Below, one piece after another: positions 61,469-64,000 of a stretch of 64,000 bases of DNA (positions are counted from its first letter, which is position 1; each line of letters opens with the position of its first letter). The stretch spans positions 778 to 64,777 of the forward strand of contig JBAZNK010000002.1 of assembly GCA_041649255.1 (NCBI GenBank), written 5' to 3'. Origin of the DNA: a bacterium. Lineage in GTDB: Bacteria > Hydrothermota > UBA3073 > JACQXS01 > JAQTXJ01. Position numbers and translations under genes: made by a program. The notes under the pieces are model-generated. The model made no database searches. It was not told where the DNA came from and was given only the letters and a program-made list of their open reading frames with translations.

Positions 61469-62400
61469 TTTTCCCCTATTATTACATAGAAAAAATTCGC
61501 TCCTACAGAATACAAACTCTCTTCCTTTAACATACGAATTACCTCTCCGGATTCCTTACCCCATTTTTTCTCCTGGTTTTTTATATAACTTTCAAATCCC
61601 TTTTCACTGCCTCCGCCTGCTAAATAAAACTGCTTCCCTTCTAAAATATTTTCCTTTCTCTTCTTTTTTGTGGATTTTAAAAAATCTTCTAAACTTTTTA
61701 GATGTTCGTTACTCCTTTTCTTGAGTTCAGGAGTGTTATAAGGTGGAATAATTGCATGAATTTTCTCATTCATCCGTACCTCAATATTCTTAAGTCCACA
61801 TTTCTTAAAAAGATATGGCATCTTTTCTCCTATACGCCAATCCCCGAATCCAAGTTTTTCTAAGCCCTTGTATATCCGGTAAGTATGCTCTACCCTTTCA
61901 AGTAAATCTTCAAGAGGAGTTTCCTTTAAATTATTCCATCCCGAACAAATACCGCCAAAATTATTGGGTTCAAAGGCAATTACTTTGCCGCGTTTTTTCG
62001 TAATACGAATCATATCTTTTATGGCAATCTCAGGTTCTTTTAAGTGTAGTAACAAAGTATGGCACATCGCAAAATCAACGGATTCATCTCTTAAAGGAAT
62101 TTTCTCCGCACCACCTCTTATGAACTTAAAATCCTTATTCGCCTTACTTCCCATAATTAAAAGTTTTCCGTTTTTGTCAACCCCAATGTATTTCCCACTC
62201 GGAGTTATGAATTTACCATATATGTGGCCGAGATAACCAAGCCCACACCCAATGTCTGCAATGATATTCCCCGGTTTTAAACCGATAAGTTTTACTAATA
62301 AATCAATATAATCTTCGTTCCATAGGAATTTCCGCTGCTCGACAAGAGTCCTGACGTGTTCCCGGTCACTCCAGTTAATTGGTTTTTCAGTTTTTTTCAT
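61465..62400 (-). CDS. Class I SAM-dependent methyltransferase
   Basis: Motif I IADIGCGLGYLG. Confidence 0.7.
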   Translation of the reverse strand: MKKTEKPINWSDREHVRTLVEQRKFLWNEDYIDLLVKLIGLKPGNIIADIGCGLGYLGHIYGKFITPSGKYIGVDKNGKLLIMGSKANKDFKFIRGGAEKIPLRDESVDFAMCHTLLLHLKEPEIAIKDMIRITKKRGKVIAFEPNNFGGICSGWNNLKETPLEDLLERVEHTYRIYKGLEKLGFGDWRIGEKMPYLFKKCGLKNIEVRMNEKIHAIIPPYNTPELKKRSNEHLKSLEDFLKSTKKKRKENILEGKQFYLAGGGSEKGFESYIKNQEKKWGKESGEVIRMLKEESLYSVGANFFYVIIGEK

Positions 62401-62403
62401 CTT

Positions 62404-63222
62404 TCACCTCTTACTAGAACTATCCGAAAATATTTTATCATAAATCAAACAACCTTCTTTATATGCTGATTCTAAAAATAATGGTACTTCTTTTACCCTT
62501 GAATACTTCATCATAAGTTCCAGAAGAACAGGAGAATTAAAACTGGAATTTTTTAATTGTCTTATTGTTTCATCCCATTGGATAAAACCTTCCCCCGGTA
62601 TTGCGTGGTCTTCAAAGTCTTTTATCCTGTCAGATAAATGCACGGCAAATAATCGGTCTTTAAACTTTTCTATTAAATTGGAATTTCTCGGCCCTCCAAT
62701 CTGGTCATGTGAGGAATCATAACAAAATCCAAAATGTTTTGGGTCTAATTCCTTCAAGGCGCATTCCATTAAATCTGTTGCCAAACCGGGTAAAAGATTT
62801 TCAAATGCAAAAGTAACACCCGTCGCTTTTAGAATTGGCTCAAGAATCGTACAATTTTCTAGTAAAAAATCTAGATTCTCAGAAAACTCTTCCTGCTGTA
62901 TCTCAAACAGACTTCCATGTATAACAATAACGGGTATGGATAAATCTTGAGCCGCAAAAATAATGTCTTTGAATCCTTGTATGCTGGTTCCCATTGAACC
63001 AATCTGCGGTCCATGAATGCTGTCGATTTGAAGTTGATAGGTGTCTAAAAGTTCCTTAATCTTCAACCGACCTTCTTTCGAAAGATACCGGGAATGGTTT
63101 ATATAAGAACCAAGCGAAAAATGAGAAAACCCTGCCTTGCTAATCAACTCTACTTGCTTATCAAAAGAGATGTTGTAGTCAAAACAAGTAGAAATTGATA
63201 TTTTTCTTCTATCTTTTAACAT
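62404..63222 (-). CDS. Sugar phosphate isomerase/epimerase (xylose-isomerase-like TIM barrel)
   Basis: Alternating beta-alpha pattern, HG/E/D/H metal-ligand spacing (IHGPQ…, FAFENL…, CYDSSHD…, HLSD). Tentative. Confidence 0.5.
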   Translation of the reverse strand: MLKDRRKISISTCFDYNISFDKQVELISKAGFSHFSLGSYINHSRYLSKEGRLKIKELLDTYQLQIDSIHGPQIGSMGTSIQGFKDIIFAAQDLSIPVIVIHGSLFEIQQEEFSENLDFLLENCTILEPILKATGVTFAFENLLPGLATDLMECALKELDPKHFGFCYDSSHDQIGGPRNSNLIEKFKDRLFAVHLSDRIKDFEDHAIPGEGFIQWDETIRQLKNSSFNSPVLLELMMKYSRVKEVPLFLESAYKEGCLIYDKIFSDSSSKR

Positions 63223-63270
63223 ATCTTTTGCCTACTCATTAAAACTTATTTTTTGGGACTCAAATTGCTT

Positions 63271-63963
63271 CTATAGTGTATCTATATCTGGCCAACCTTC
63301 CATACTCTTCCGTAATTTTTGATATTCAGGTCCAAGACTATCAATCAAAGAAACAACCTCCCGGGTAAATTGTCTCATATTCTGATAAGTAACGCTGAGT
63401 TCAGTTCGCTTCAACGAACCTGTTGCTATTTTTTCGAGTTTTTCAAGACCACCGACAGGAATTATCTTAAAATTCTTTGCGTCCGTAAGTACTCTTTTTA
63501 CCCCACGGAAGTAAGTTTTGTTTATTGCCGAGAGAATTCGAAGAGTACAAAAGAGTATCTTTGACTGCACAAGACGACAAAATATTACGTCATTAAGCTC
63601 AGAAGCCCTTCTGAGAAAAGACAACATAAAGAGAATGTCGAAGTAGGATTCACCGATAACTTCTCTTCTAAACCGCTCAGGATAAACTTCTACTTTTTTC
63701 TTCCAAGCACAGATAAGTCCCTCGGGATCCCATATCACTGTGCTGCGAATTATTTCTCCACAAATAGTTTCCGGACACAGACCAAAAATAGCCCCGTAAG
63801 CTGGTTGATAAGCAACATTTGGATTTCCGAATACTTTCTGTAGTGATTGTTCAACTTCATTAACAAGCCAGTAGTCTACTCCGCCTAAGTTGCGAGAATT
63901 AACCTTGAATCGGTCACAAGTATGCCCGCAGACAACTTCGCTTATTCCCGGTAGATGCGCCAA
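63271..63963 (-). CDS. Hypothetical protein; N-terminus at or beyond the window edge
   Basis: ORF reaches within 40 nt of the window end. No recognisable motifs. Confidence 0.45.
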   Translation of the reverse strand: MAHLPGISEVVCGHTCDRFKVNSRNLGGVDYWLVNEVEQSLQKVFGNPNVAYQPAYGAIFGLCPETICGEIIRSTVIWDPEGLICAWKKKVEVYPERFRREVIGESYFDILFMLSFLRRASELNDVIFCRLVQSKILFCTLRILSAINKTYFRGVKRVLTDAKNFKIIPVGGLEKLEKIATGSLKRTELSVTYQNMRQFTREVVSLIDSLGPEYQKLRKSMEGWPDIDTL

Positions 63964-64000
63964 TTGTTTCTGCCAGAATTTTTTACGCTCTTCTATAGGC

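Overview
This is an AT-rich window of roughly 33-36% GC from an uncultivated bacterium. Many secreted proteins end in a type IX secretion (T9SS) C-terminal sorting domain, but the promoters look sigma70-like (TTGACA-17-TATAAT), which points to the FCB superphylum outside classical Bacteroidia. Layout: (1) 1-12.9 kb holds a cluster of T9SS cargo genes (YVTN beta-propeller, CarboxypepD_reg-repeat protein, 1163-aa multidomain protein), a secreted serpin, an outer-membrane beta-barrel and a HEAT-repeat protein. (2) About 13.0-35.3 kb looks like an integrated accessory/defense island. It contains an MBL-fold protein, a HEPN-like (RNxxxH) protein, small Zn-ribbon and GIY-YIG-like proteins, and an MmeI-like Type IIL restriction-modification enzyme. 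That enzyme is translationally coupled to an unusual membrane-anchored KAP-family P-loop NTPase carrying a C-terminal LamG/ConA-like domain. The island also holds two paralogous ~0.5-0.9 kb noncoding modules, each with a 7-8-copy heptamer iteron array of different sequence (TTGAACN versus TTGACAA) and a conserved hairpin-containing element. A large serine recombinase gene ends inside the 5' end of a tRNA-Met(CAU) gene. (3) 35.4-55.3 kb is a housekeeping block: dipeptide epimerase, gcvH, gingipain-like C25 peptidase, dprA, a RecQ-family helicase fused to a ComFC-like domain, mutS, M50 protease, CapD/PglF-like dehydratase, hslVU and gap. A ~90-bp duplication of the mutS 5' end flanks an inserted gene. 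(4) 55.4-64 kb carries another T9SS cargo gene and an accessory cluster rich in SAM-dependent methyltransferases, with NTase-domain, GNAT, HAD, TIM-barrel sugar isomerase and PL7-like proteins. No rRNA genes or CRISPR arrays were seen.
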